Source: Chroococcidiopsis sp. (GTDB lineage Bacteria > Cyanobacteriota > Cyanobacteriia > Cyanobacteriales > Chroococcidiopsidaceae). Taken from it: a stretch of DNA of 64,000 nucleotides. A program made the translations under genes and the position numbers. Under the pieces are notes generated by a model that searched no databases, was not told where the DNA came from, and saw nothing but the letters and a program-made list of their open reading frames with translations. This document shows positions 20,640 through 30,250 of the stretch, in pieces; position 1 is the stretch's first letter, and the number at the start of each line of letters is the position of its first letter. The DNA lies in NCBI RefSeq assembly GCF_051657925.1, contig NZ_JBOFLP010000155.1, forward strand, positions 43,954 through 107,953, given 5' to 3'.

Positions 20640-21662
20640 TCAGGAGACATTTTCAGGAGGTTCCGCAGGTTTACGGACAGGTTGCAGTACAGGCACGGTA
20701 TGTAGTCGATCGTACTTTCCGTTAGAGACCAGCAGCAAGTTGTCTAGCAGGTACGCTTCGGTAGATTCCGTAATGGAGCCAAACAACGTCACAAATTCTT
20801 TGTAGGTGATCCGAGTTGTGCGAGTTAGCGAGGCATAGCTCTCCCCGCTTTGCTTAAGACGATCGATCGTTCGGGTCATCTTCGTCGCGTCTAGCGGCAG
20901 TTTTCTTCCACGTTCTCGGACCTCGGTGACGGGACGATACAGATCGAGTCTCCGCTCTCGATGATCTAACCGCAGCAGAGGACCGTAAGAATACGCAATT
21001 GACGGAAGCTTGCTTTTCGCGGACAGCTTAACACTGCCAAACAATCCAAGCTCGGAAAGATGGGAAGCCTCGATCGTCAGCTTAGACAACGCAGCCATCA
21101 GCAGCGCAGGATCGGGGATCTCCAGGTAGCGGGACGCAAGCAGTTCCAAGTCTAGAACGGCTTCCGCACACTGTTGAGAAAATGCAAGCGATCCAAGCGG
21201 GGATATGATTAACGCCTCCGCTGGATGCACAGGTTGATTGCACAACGCAATCAGATCCTCTAGCGGAAACACTTCGATCGATTGCCGCTTTGAAGCCTCT
21301 GCCACCTCGACGATCGCGACATCTACCTCATCCCCTAAAAACAAAATCCGCATCCCTGATCCTGTCAGGATTTCAAGGTCCGAGGATGCTTGCTTAATCG
21401 ATAAGCTTGCTAGCGATCGCACAAATTCGAGAGGGAGCCGGAGTCCGATCGGTTCCAAGACCTGGGTAGAAAATTGCGTCTCTTGCACCTGGAAGGTCAC
21501 ACAAGCCGCATCACCTTCGATTATGAATCTATATTCATTATGGGACACCCATAGCTTGTAGGACCATTTAGACACCACTGAGAGCGATCGTAAAATTCGG
21601 ACTAAAATCTCGGCGTTGATGCGGTAGGTCATGATCACGTTCTCTCGGTAAGCTCTGAACAC
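20640..21662 (-). CDS. Hypothetical protein, possibly sliding-clamp-like
   Basis: About 330 aa, first gene of the replication operon; weak beta-clamp-like N-terminal pattern. Confidence 0.35.
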   Translation of the reverse strand: MFRAYRENVIMTYRINAEILVRILRSLSVVSKWSYKLWVSHNEYRFIIEGDAACVTFQVQETQFSTQVLEPIGLRLPLEFVRSLASLSIKQASSDLEILTGSGMRILFLGDEVDVAIVEVAEASKRQSIEVFPLEDLIALCNQPVHPAEALIISPLGSLAFSQQCAEAVLDLELLASRYLEIPDPALLMAALSKLTIEASHLSELGLFGSVKLSAKSKLPSIAYSYGPLLRLDHRERRLDLYRPVTEVRERGRKLPLDATKMTRTIDRLKQSGESYASLTRTTRITYKEFVTLFGSITESTEAYLLDNLLLVSNGKYDRLHTVPVLQPVRKPAEPPENVS

Positions 21663-21710
21663 TGTACCGTGATTGTGCGATCGATAGTATCAAAAAGTCT
21701 GCGTAAGGGG

Positions 21711-21739
21711 TTGACAGAACTCCCTATATCCGGTATCAT
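21711..21739 (+). promoter_or_regulatory. Sigma70-type promoter
   Basis: TTGACA-N17-TATCAT at the strand switch. Confidence 0.7.
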
Positions 21740-22185
21740 TCTTTAATATTAGATCTAGAAAATATTTAATTAAATACATATAATATCTTTCTAGATATTA
21801 TTAGAATAATTACTTAATTAATTATTTCTAAGATGTATAACCAAGAACCCTCAAGGTTCTTAGTTGAGACGTAGAAAATAATGGGTATAAATACCTGCGT
21901 TAGTGTTCGTGAGATCTGTTCCACGATCGAGACCGATCAGGATTTATTCGATGCGATCGAATACTTATACACTTCGGCAATCCGGCTTAGCGAAAAATAT
22001 CCAGGTGATTTGGCGATAGAAGATTTGGTCAGTGTTATTTCGGATGCGTTTCTATCGGCAGGTGATATTATCATTCAGCATGGATTGGATAAGTAGGCTA
22101 TCAAGAAGGTAGAAACTGCCTTAGGTAGCAGCAGTTAGAGCTATCTAAGGAGTTGGTATAAATCACAGTTCTAACCCGTAGAAAC

Positions 22186-22210
22186 AGGAGCTGGTTTCGG
22201 ACCAGCTCCT
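22186..22210 (+). terminator. Stem-loop
   Basis: AGGAGCTGGT-ttcgg-ACCAGCTCCT. Confidence 0.55.
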
Positions 22211-23454
22211 TTACAGCACTATTCAATAACAGGGACGGAGAAGCATGTCGATTAAATTTAGAGGTCATGATCAGTGGCTTGAGATCGTGCAGGATGAATC
22301 AGGGCTACTGATCGTTAGATACCACTGCCCTGAATGGGAGGTGCCTGTTCTTGATTTTCCTGTATATCACGGGAAGTGTTAACACTTAGGAGACTGTTTA
22401 TGTCTTTTTGGGACAAGTTATTTCCGGTTGTAGGTTGCCAAATCACCATCTATCCCACTCACTTATGGTTAGATTTTTCAAGATCGCTTGATGCAGAGGT
22501 TTTTGCCTCGCTGAATGAGCTTAATAGCAGGGCAGGGTTCTGCTTTAGGGAACGCGACAGGGATAATGCAACTAAGTTCTCTCTGCATTTTCCGGCTACG
22601 TACTGCCCTCGGCATGTAGCAGAAGTTACAGTAGAGGTCATAAGATCACACGGTATAAGGGTTAGAGTAGAGGTCAATGTCCTTGGAGTACAAAGAATAG
22701 AGCAGATGAAAGATAGACGCTATACTTTCTAGCGTTCCGTGTCTGTCTTCTCTTGTACAGTAGAAAGGGTTACGTCAATCATGAGCGAGGCAGGGTAACT
22801 CCTGTCTTGCTCCTATGTTAAAATTACGGCAATCCAGGAAAAGCCTGGAGGTGGAAGTCAGTTGGCTTTGAGCACCCCCGTCTTTGACTGAGGGGTGTTT
22901 TGCATTTAAGAGGATGTATGGATTTAGATAGATCTCGATCGCTTTGGGGTGTGTATTTGAACTACAAAGGAGATCATCGAAGCTATAAGACAAACACAAA
23001 CGAGTATGTAATAGCCTCGGATATATCTTCTGCACTTCGTCTAGTTATGGAGAAATACGACGGCAAAGATCCGTTTATTTACTCCATACAGCACAAAGGG
23101 ACGGCAACGATCGAGGATCGATACTAACTATGCATCAGCTCAAGTATCCGATAGACCCGGACATCCCTGATAAGGTGTGGAGCGTTGTCACTGACTTTTT
23201 ACGTATCCACGGAAACTATCCCGGATCAATACTTCTTGGATATGGAACATACCTCTGTTTAACGTATGTCGTGGAAAAGCAAAGGATGAGTCACACCATC
23301 CTTGGAATAACGGAGTTTCAAGGTATTCCTATTATTGTTGATCCGGGATATGAGTACCGAATTATTGCGATCGACACAATCTCGTCTTGCCTAGATCAGG
23401 CAATCAATGCTCTACATAAAAATCAAAACGACGAAATTTAACAAAGCATAATAA

Positions 23455-23484
23455 AGCCTCCGTGCCCTAAGAGGCACGGAGGCT
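23455..23484. terminator. Bidirectional terminator between convergent genes
   Basis: 12-bp GC-rich inverted repeat AGCCTCCGTGCC/GGCACGGAGGCT. Confidence 0.7.
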
Positions 23485-23497
23485 AGTTGTTATCTCT

Positions 23498-23809
23498 TCA
23501 TGCTTGAACAGCTTTAAGATAGTCGATCGCTGCTTCAATCTCAGTACTGTAGTTGCAGGCGAATTCCTCAAACCACAATCCTTCTGTTGACTTCCTATCT
23601 AAGGTTTTCAACCATTGTTCAGCAGCAGTCTTCATCTCCTCAAGCTGTCGTTTCGACTCGGACTCTACGGCTGCTTGCTGATCCTTCTGCCTTTTGAGGT
23701 CATGTTGGATCTGCTCAGCTTTCATACTAGAAATCAGATCATCGGTCCCAGAGCGCTTGGGCATAGGCTCTCCTAAGTTATATAGGAGATCGTCGATACC
23801 GTTTCCCAT
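23498..23809 (-). CDS. Cyanobacterial Slr1339-family (salt stress) protein
   Basis: C-terminal WLKTLD..STEGLWFEEFA..Y.....AAIDYL motif. Confidence 0.7.
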   Translation of the reverse strand: MGNGIDDLLYNLGEPMPKRSGTDDLISSMKAEQIQHDLKRQKDQQAAVESESKRQLEEMKTAAEQWLKTLDRKSTEGLWFEEFACNYSTEIEAAIDYLKAVQA

Positions 23810-23838
23810 TTCTTAAATCCGCTTATATCACAGGGAAG

Positions 23839-24456
23839 CTAATCATTCACAGCCGCAAGAAGCACTTCGGCTAGCGATCGATCCGCCAGATCATCCATTG
23901 TAACCGTGTCGCAGATATCGAACTTTGCACCGACACCTTGAAGATCGTTATCTATCGCATCTAGAAACTTCTTTGCGCCGGAATCGTTTCCGACTTGGAT
24001 AAACGTGATGCCGAGTTCTGCATCCCGCTCCATCTTCTGGGAGGCAGCGATGATGGTCTCAAACACCTTCCGCTTATCATCCGGCTCTCCATCCGTTATC
24101 ACCAGGATAGTTTCTCCTTCCTTTGATTGTCCTTTATTCTTACGATCGAAATAGTTTTCCGTCGCATCTTTTAGAACCGATGCCAGGTCCGTTGATCCAG
24201 ACGGATCGTTCTCTAAGAAGATGTCGTCCACCTTGCTAGAGGTCACATCGTCGTATCGCTTGAATTTATTAGAAAACACGTAGACCGTGATTCCATCGGG
24301 ATCGAATTGTTCGCATTTACGCGCTAATGCTAGTGTAGATTCCTGGGCAATATCCCAACGGCTCCGGGTTAATCCCTGGATCATTGTAGACATGCTGCCG
24401 CTCTTATCCAGAATCAGCGTGTAATCTCTCTTCTTTAGATCGTCCATTATTATCAT
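23839..24456 (-). CDS. vWA domain protein of cyanobacterial type
   Basis: MIDAS DKSGSM, FDPDGITVY, ITDGEPDD, FDICDT. Confidence 0.9.
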   Translation of the reverse strand: MIIMDDLKKRDYTLILDKSGSMSTMIQGLTRSRWDIAQESTLALARKCEQFDPDGITVYVFSNKFKRYDDVTSSKVDDIFLENDPSGSTDLASVLKDATENYFDRKNKGQSKEGETILVITDGEPDDKRKVFETIIAASQKMERDAELGITFIQVGNDSGAKKFLDAIDNDLQGVGAKFDICDTVTMDDLADRSLAEVLLAAVND

Positions 24457-24580
24457 ACTTAAGTGAATTTCGACCCAATCATCAAATCACCTAATGCAGC
24501 CGTTGTCAAATTCAGTAATATTACGATACATATTCTACCTACGTAGGTATACTATATTCTTATACCTACGTAGACAGTAG

Positions 24581-25183
24581 ATGAAGATTATTAGCCTTTC
24601 AGGTGCGATCGGATCAGGGAAAGATACCGCTGCGCAGATGATCTCCGAACTCTCAAAACAGCCTGTTCACCACTGCAAATTTGCACACGCGATCCAAGAC
24701 CAGATTTCTTTACTATGCGGCTTCTATCAGTCCGATCTGTCTCATCGACAGTTGTTTGACGATCGCGACTGGAAAGAAGGACATACCTTACTATCGTTTA
24801 AGGGGATTGACTACACTCCAAGAGGTCTCTTAAAGACGATCGGTGAAGGCTATCGATCGCTGTTCGGCGCAGGTATTTGGGTTGAACTACTCGCTTCTCA
24901 TGTTCGATCGCTCCCTGAAGATTCGATCGTAGTGATTTCCGACCTTCGGTTTCCGCATGAACTGGCGTGGGTTCATTCTATGAATGGAACCACAGTATAC
25001 ATTCAGAACGAAGTCGCAGAAGCTGCGTTCTACAACGAAAACCAAATCATTCATGCGTCGGAGTCGTATTTGACATACCTTAAAAAAACGACTCAAATAG
25101 AGCTTCTGAATGAGTCAACGTTATCGGATCTGCTTTATTTTGTAAAGACCATGATGCTAGATCTATCTATCCCGATCCGATAA
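24581..25183 (+). CDS. Deoxynucleoside monophosphate kinase
   Basis: GAIGSGKDT, R.LL...G, ISDLRFPHE, HASE. Confidence 0.88.
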   Translation: MKIISLSGAIGSGKDTAAQMISELSKQPVHHCKFAHAIQDQISLLCGFYQSDLSHRQLFDDRDWKEGHTLLSFKGIDYTPRGLLKTIGEGYRSLFGAGIWVELLASHVRSLPEDSIVVISDLRFPHELAWVHSMNGTTVYIQNEVAEAAFYNENQIIHASESYLTYLKKTTQIELLNESTLSDLLYFVKTMMLDLSIPIR

Positions 25184-25202
25184 ATTATGGACTATATAAA
25201 AT

Positions 25203-25553
25203 ATGCGATCGTATCTATGCAGTAAGTGTCTAGATAGTCCATCTAAGCCTGTCAGTTTTTGTAGATCCTGCCAAGCAGGAGCACGAGCTAGATTAATTAA
25301 ACGGAAAGCGGTGGAGTACAAAGGAGGCAGGTGTTCTGTTTGCAGCTATAGTAGGTGCGAAGCTGCTCTACAGTTCCACCACCCTGATCCGTTAAACAAG
25401 AGCTTCGGAATTGGAAAATCTAGCCGATCGTTTGAATCCTTGAAGTCAGAGCTAGATAAGACCGTATTACTATGCAGCAACTGTCACGCAGAGGAGCACA
25501 TGTTACGCCATGATCGAACCTTGGAACGTAGATCCGTCAAAAACCCCACTTGA
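25203..25553 (+). CDS. HNH endonuclease
   Basis: KGGRC..C.Y, QFHHPDP, LLCSNCHAEEH. Confidence 0.85.
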   Translation: MRSYLCSKCLDSPSKPVSFCRSCQAGARARLIKRKAVEYKGGRCSVCSYSRCEAALQFHHPDPLNKSFGIGKSSRSFESLKSELDKTVLLCSNCHAEEHMLRHDRTLERRSVKNPT

Positions 25554-26079
25554 TGAGATTAAATATTCTACCGTACCTAATCTTGACAATGGTATTTATA
25601 TTGTCAAGATGTACGATCCTGAAGCGAGTCATAGATCCGTCTATTTTTGGAACAAAGAAGCTGCTATAGCATACGCTAACTATCACGGGGACGATGAGTA
25701 CGGTTTTGCAGGATGGCACAAAGTTAACATTTACCAGTTCGATCGGATATGTGAAGATGGGAAGATTAGCCTTCGGGACATGTATGCTCACGATATTCGC
25801 TTGCAATTAATCTCTGCGGGTATTGTTGAGAAGGAAGACCCATGCGCGGATTTTATAGAGCCACCTGATCTAAAAAGTATCTATATTACTGAAATAGATC
25901 CCGGTGATGAAGACGAATACTTGCTTCTCTATTTCTCGACTATGGAAGCCGCTCTTACCTATGCCGCTAGGTGCGATAACAAGGAGGACGATCTTTATTG
26001 CAGCTCTGTTAATTTTTACAAGTTTGATCTACTTTGTGACAATGGAAGGATCAGTGTTAAGGAGTTCTACGATTACTAG
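25510..26079 (+). CDS. Hypothetical protein with two internal repeats
   Basis: IYI...DP......F...EAA..YA...VN.Y.FD..C..G.IS occurs twice. Confidence 0.65.
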   Translation: MIEPWNVDPSKTPLDEIKYSTVPNLDNGIYIVKMYDPEASHRSVYFWNKEAAIAYANYHGDDEYGFAGWHKVNIYQFDRICEDGKISLRDMYAHDIRLQLISAGIVEKEDPCADFIEPPDLKSIYITEIDPGDEDEYLLLYFSTMEAALTYAARCDNKEDDLYCSSVNFYKFDLLCDNGRISVKEFYDY

Positions 26080-26081
26080 TT

Positions 26082-26552
26082 ATGATCGAATTCAAGCAAG
26101 GGGATTTACTAGAAGAAGATGAAGTTGATGCGATCGTCAACGCAGTTAACTGCGTTGGAGTAATGGGGAAGGGGATTGCGTTGCAATTTAAGGAGAAGTA
26201 TCCAAACAACTTCAGAGAGTATCGATCGGCTTGCCTTCGTGGAGAAGTAGTTCCCGGAAGAATGTTTGTGACCGAAAACTGTCTTTATCCTCAAAAAGTC
26301 AGCAATCCTCGGTACTTAATCAATTTTCCTACCAAACAACACTGGAAGGATGATTCCACTATGAAGTATATCGTTGACGGGATGCGGGATCTTCGAAAGG
26401 TGATAAAAGACAGAAAGATTCGATCTATCGCAATTCCGGCTCTAGGATGCGGTAATGGAGGTTTGCAGTGGGTAGGGGTTGCTTCTATTATGGTCCAGTA
26501 TCTTATCGGTCTACAAGATGTTTATGTAATTATCTATGAGCCGCAGTGCTAG
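26082..26552 (+). CDS. Macrodomain ADP-ribosylhydrolase (DarG-like)
   Basis: GDLL..VDAIVNAVNCVGVMGKGIALQFK, INFPTK.HW, IAIPALGCGNGGL. Confidence 0.9.
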   Translation: MIEFKQGDLLEEDEVDAIVNAVNCVGVMGKGIALQFKEKYPNNFREYRSACLRGEVVPGRMFVTENCLYPQKVSNPRYLINFPTKQHWKDDSTMKYIVDGMRDLRKVIKDRKIRSIAIPALGCGNGGLQWVGVASIMVQYLIGLQDVYVIIYEPQC

Positions 26553-26863
26553 ATAAAATTAAACAGTATCTACAGGAGCCTCATCGCTATAGCTGGTTCA
26601 TCTTTGAAATCAGTCTCTACTCTAGCTTAGAAAGAAGCATCTTTGTTAAGCACTGGCTTATAGATTCTAGCGATGCTTGTTCAGTTATAGTCGATACTGT
26701 TTGGTTTAGATTCTTTGTCTATCGGTTAGGCTTCTATCTAAAACACAGGGTTAGATAGCCTTCAGGTCTGTTGGTATAGTTGCAAAGTGATTTGATGAGT
26801 ATGTCTACGGTATAAAAGTTTGAGATTAGATTAAGTCAACCAGATCCAGCCAGTAAAACTACA

Positions 26864-27844
26864 ATGCGTACTTTAGCTTCAATTCAGCAGATTGGATCTA
26901 TATCTGCAATCGACAATGCAGATGCTATAGAAAAGTTGATGGTCCTTGGATGGTCTACCGTCGCTAGAAAAGGTGAGTTTGAAGAAGGTGATTTATGTGT
27001 CTTCTTTGAGATCGATAGTATTCTGCCTGAAACAGAATGGTCGGAATTTATGCGTCGGTGGGGTAACTACCGCATCCGAACTGTGAGGCTGCGTGGCGTC
27101 TTGTCTCAAGGACTGGCGTTACCGCTAAGTGTTTTCAAAATCATGCTGCCAACCGAGATCGGCGCAGACGTGACCGAACTACTAGGTGTCACGAAATATG
27201 AGAAATTTGTAGCGGAGATTAAAGGTCAAAGCCCTTTTCCAGGCTTTATTCCGAAGACGGATGAAACTCGAATTCAGTCAGTTCCTCATATCCTGAAAGA
27301 GTTTGACGGTAGAGAGGTTGTCGCTACGGTTAAATACGATGGAGTGAGTGCAACGTATGCCAACTTTTACAAAGAGTTTTACGTATGTAGTCGAGACATT
27401 CGGTTAGACCCTGCTAACAACCCTTACTGGCGTATCGCCGACAAATACAAGCTGGGAAACATTCCCGAAGGTATTGCGGTTCAAGGCGAGATCTGCGGTC
27501 CAAAAATGCAAGGCAATAAGCTAGGACTAAAAGAACTATGGTTTTTCGCGTTTAATGTTTTTGATATTCAGCGAGGTAGGTACTTTAACTGGCGAGAATT
27601 CGTCACGTTCTGCAAAGAGTACGATATTCCCTATGTAGGTGTGGTTTTTCTTACAGTTCTTGACGCAAGAAAAACCACACCTGAATCTCTACTCGAAGCA
27701 GCAGAAGGAATATATCCCGGAACAGTAAATCAACGGGAAGGGATTGTACTTCGACCCATTGTAGAAACCTACAGTGCAACCTTGAATGGCAGACTCAGCG
27801 TGAAAGTGATCAACAATAGATTTCTCATTGAGAATAATGAATAA
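26864..27844 (+). CDS. RNA ligase (Rnl2/DRB0094 family)
   Basis: RTLASIQQI, FFEIDS, PKTDETRIQ, KYDG adenylation motif, QGEICG, REGIV, KVIN. Confidence 0.92.
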   Translation: MRTLASIQQIGSISAIDNADAIEKLMVLGWSTVARKGEFEEGDLCVFFEIDSILPETEWSEFMRRWGNYRIRTVRLRGVLSQGLALPLSVFKIMLPTEIGADVTELLGVTKYEKFVAEIKGQSPFPGFIPKTDETRIQSVPHILKEFDGREVVATVKYDGVSATYANFYKEFYVCSRDIRLDPANNPYWRIADKYKLGNIPEGIAVQGEICGPKMQGNKLGLKELWFFAFNVFDIQRGRYFNWREFVTFCKEYDIPYVGVVFLTVLDARKTTPESLLEAAEGIYPGTVNQREGIVLRPIVETYSATLNGRLSVKVINNRFLIENNE

Positions 27845-27956
27845 ATCTGGTTTTGCATCAGGTATTAAAAGAGTAAACACTAAAAAACCTGCTTGGTGCG
27901 CCAAAGCTTAAAATCGATCGGCGTAGCAGGTGTATTAACTCTATATTATCCCATCT

Positions 27957-28331
27957 CTAGGTGTGTATGGTTATCACCTGCTTTCCTTTCTTCAACGCCT
28001 GAATCTTTGCTATAAGTTTATTAGCTTCCTTTCTGCCGATCGTTCTCTCTGGCTTGCATCCATAGGGACAAGGCATCTCTTCTGCGATCCCCCATAACCT
28101 ACAGATTAACGGTCTTTGTTTATAGATTGAACAGATGCCAAAACCCTGCACTAGCTTGGAACATGTCAAATCACCGTCAACGGTCGGAACTGAGCTAACG
28201 GTCTGAATGTTTTCGACTTCGATCGGAAGCACCCCAATAACCCCACAGCATTCCTGGCATTTTCCTTTGCATACTAAGAGGGGTAGAGAGTTGTATATCT
28301 CTTCCAGTTCTGCTAGTTGTAGTTGACTCAT
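27957..28331 (-). CDS. YkgJ-family cysteine-cluster protein
   Basis: C..C..CC, CSIY..RPLICRLWG. Confidence 0.75.
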   Translation of the reverse strand: MSQLQLAELEEIYNSLPLLVCKGKCQECCGVIGVLPIEVENIQTVSSVPTVDGDLTCSKLVQGFGICSIYKQRPLICRLWGIAEEMPCPYGCKPERTIGRKEANKLIAKIQALKKGKQVITIHT

Positions 28332-28377
28332 ATCTTCTCCTTACATACTTATAGGCTGTATTAATATCTAATTTTTG

Positions 28378-28761
28378 TTAAATCCCTAAAATATTTTTTG
28401 GGTCTGTCTGCAAAACAGCGATAACCTCTTCCGAAAACTCAGGAGTAGGAAATGATTCACCTATCCATTCAAAATCAGGGTAGGCTTCTTTTAGAAATAC
28501 TCCATGAGGGATGCACTCATCTTCTCCCAGCCACACCCTTAGCCGATAATCTATCCTAACTTCCTCAGTTTCTATCCAAAAGTGAGGGTATATAACCTGT
28601 TTTGCTCTTCCGCCCATCCTCCAGGTGCAGGTTCCTGTAAATAGTTGGAACAAGACTTCAGAGCTGTAAAGCTCTGAAGCGATAAGGTAAGTACACCCAT
28701 CGCATTCCGTAGGTGTATTGTCGAAAGGTATCGACAGTCTAACTAGTTCATCTATATCCAT
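28378..28761 (-). CDS. Hypothetical protein (ECDG...PHFW..DYRLR motif)
   Basis: ORF with AGGAGAG RBS; Cys/His/Asp arrangement. Confidence 0.6.
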   Translation of the reverse strand: MDIDELVRLSIPFDNTPTECDGCTYLIASELYSSEVLFQLFTGTCTWRMGGRAKQVIYPHFWIETEEVRIDYRLRVWLGEDECIPHGVFLKEAYPDFEWIGESFPTPEFSEEVIAVLQTDPKNILGI

Positions 28762-28779
28762 CTTTATCCCTCTCCTGAC

Positions 28780-28895
28780 TTGTCAATATCCGTACAGTCG
28801 TGTATAATTTTATAGATGCTGGTTGAACTAGGATCATTTTTTTCTCTTTTGATTTGGACTCTCCTACAACTATCTAATAGTTGTAGGTTTTTTAT
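28780..28895 (+). ncRNA. Candidate small RNA with own promoter and terminator
   Basis: TTGTCA-N17-TATAAT (28780-28808), about 80 nt without a credible ORF, hairpin 28863-28887 followed by T-run. Confidence 0.5.
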
Positions 28896-29072
28896 TTTTC
28901 AAGTCCGGGGTAAAACTCTTCTATAAGTGCATTGTTCATATCTTGCGCTGCTTAGTTGCTTATAACCTCCATATCGCAAAAGTTTAATAATAGCAGTCTT
29001 AGTTCTTCAGGTAATGCAGCAATTTTGTCTTCGCCAAATACAGTTATTTTGCTTCCTGGGTAAGGCATGAAG

Positions 29073-29646
29073 TCAGTAAACGCCTTTAACCCTGATAAAG
29101 GTGTAGCGTTCAACATTTTTTAAGATCTCAAGCTCATTAGCTCCTGCAAAGAAGCCATCTCCTTCACTAAGCGGGTCTTTCTTTACGCTTTTTTTTTTGA
29201 GTGAGCCATGACGCGATCGCAATTTGAGGTTTGTATTTCTTGATCGCTTCTACGGTTTCTAGTTTTTCTACGTCTAATTTGGGTGCTGTAGCCTTAGCAT
29301 CTCTAGCATACATATATCCCTGCATCAGAGGATGCATCTGTATCCAGCTATCAGTCTGATGGATTCCCAGGTGATAGCCCAGATCCGCGTTCCCTGCTGC
29401 GACTTCGATCGCAAATCTATCTCCTATCTTCTCTCTTAACCAGTCAATCAGCTCGATAGTCGGGAGCTGGTATCTACCTCTGAACTGCATCCACATCCGT
29501 AGCTCTAGGTTATCAAATTGAGCGTAGAACTTATAGGGATGCAAGAGGATTCTTCCTTCTCTTAGGAGTTGTTGATCGATCGCTTTAACAATTTCACTTT
29601 GTTTTTCTGGTGATAGATCAATAATCTCTGCTTTGATTTGTGACAT
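29073..29646 (-). pseudogene. Hypothetical gene apparently frameshifted at an A10 tract
   Basis: ORF stops at 29167 just after A10; shifted frame continues DGFFAGANELEILKNVERYTFI. Confidence 0.45.
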
Positions 29647-29652
29647 AATTTC

Positions 29653-29901
29653 CTACAAAAACACTATTTCTTTGATCTCTCCTGCCGATGTCTTTACAAA
29701 AATCTTATGTCCCTTCTTTAGTTCGCTTTGAATAAAGGATTCTGTAGATATCGCACGTCGAATAGCCTCTGTTTGCGTTGTCCCTTGCAGACTGCATAGA
29801 AGATCTAGCATTCTGCCAGAATCAAAAGGCAGTGATATACTTAGCCTCTTGTTAGAAGGTGCTGGTAATGGAGAGTGTTCCGAGTCTTTTTCAGTTCCCA
29901 T
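29653..29901 (-). CDS. Ribbon-helix-helix (CopG-like) regulator
   Basis: KRLSISLP...LD.L....G.T.TEAIRRAI. Confidence 0.7.
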   Translation of the reverse strand: MGTEKDSEHSPLPAPSNKRLSISLPFDSGRMLDLLCSLQGTTQTEAIRRAISTESFIQSELKKGHKIFVKTSAGEIKEIVFL

Positions 29902-29905
29902 CGTG

Positions 29906-30235
29906 CTATCTACCTCTTCTTATTCGAACAGCTACTCCCTCATTCTCTTCCAAGGGGACAATACTTTTAGTCCCGCTTATAAGAGGAGGAATTAAGTACG
30001 TATCTGACTTGTATGCTTCTATGTACTCTTGTAAGGAGATTATACTGATTCCGAAATAATCAGCATATGATTGTAGTTGAGATAGCGTCACATTCCCGGA
30101 TAGTTCAATGTAATTAACCTGTCCCTTATCTAAACCTAAAGCCTCTTCCATGTGCTGCTGACTCAGATTTACTCTAAACCTCAGCATTCTTAAAGCTGTT
30201 AGTACATGTACCACTGGATTGTTAATTTTTGGCAT
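29906..30235 (-). CDS. XRE-family HTH regulator
   Basis: LRMLR....LSQ....EALG.....V..IE.G..TL..L..YA. Confidence 0.75.
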   Translation of the reverse strand: MPKINNPVVHVLTALRMLRFRVNLSQQHMEEALGLDKGQVNYIELSGNVTLSQLQSYADYFGISIISLQEYIEAYKSDTYLIPPLISGTKSIVPLEENEGVAVRIRRGR

Positions 30236-30250
30236 ATAACCCTGTTATTT

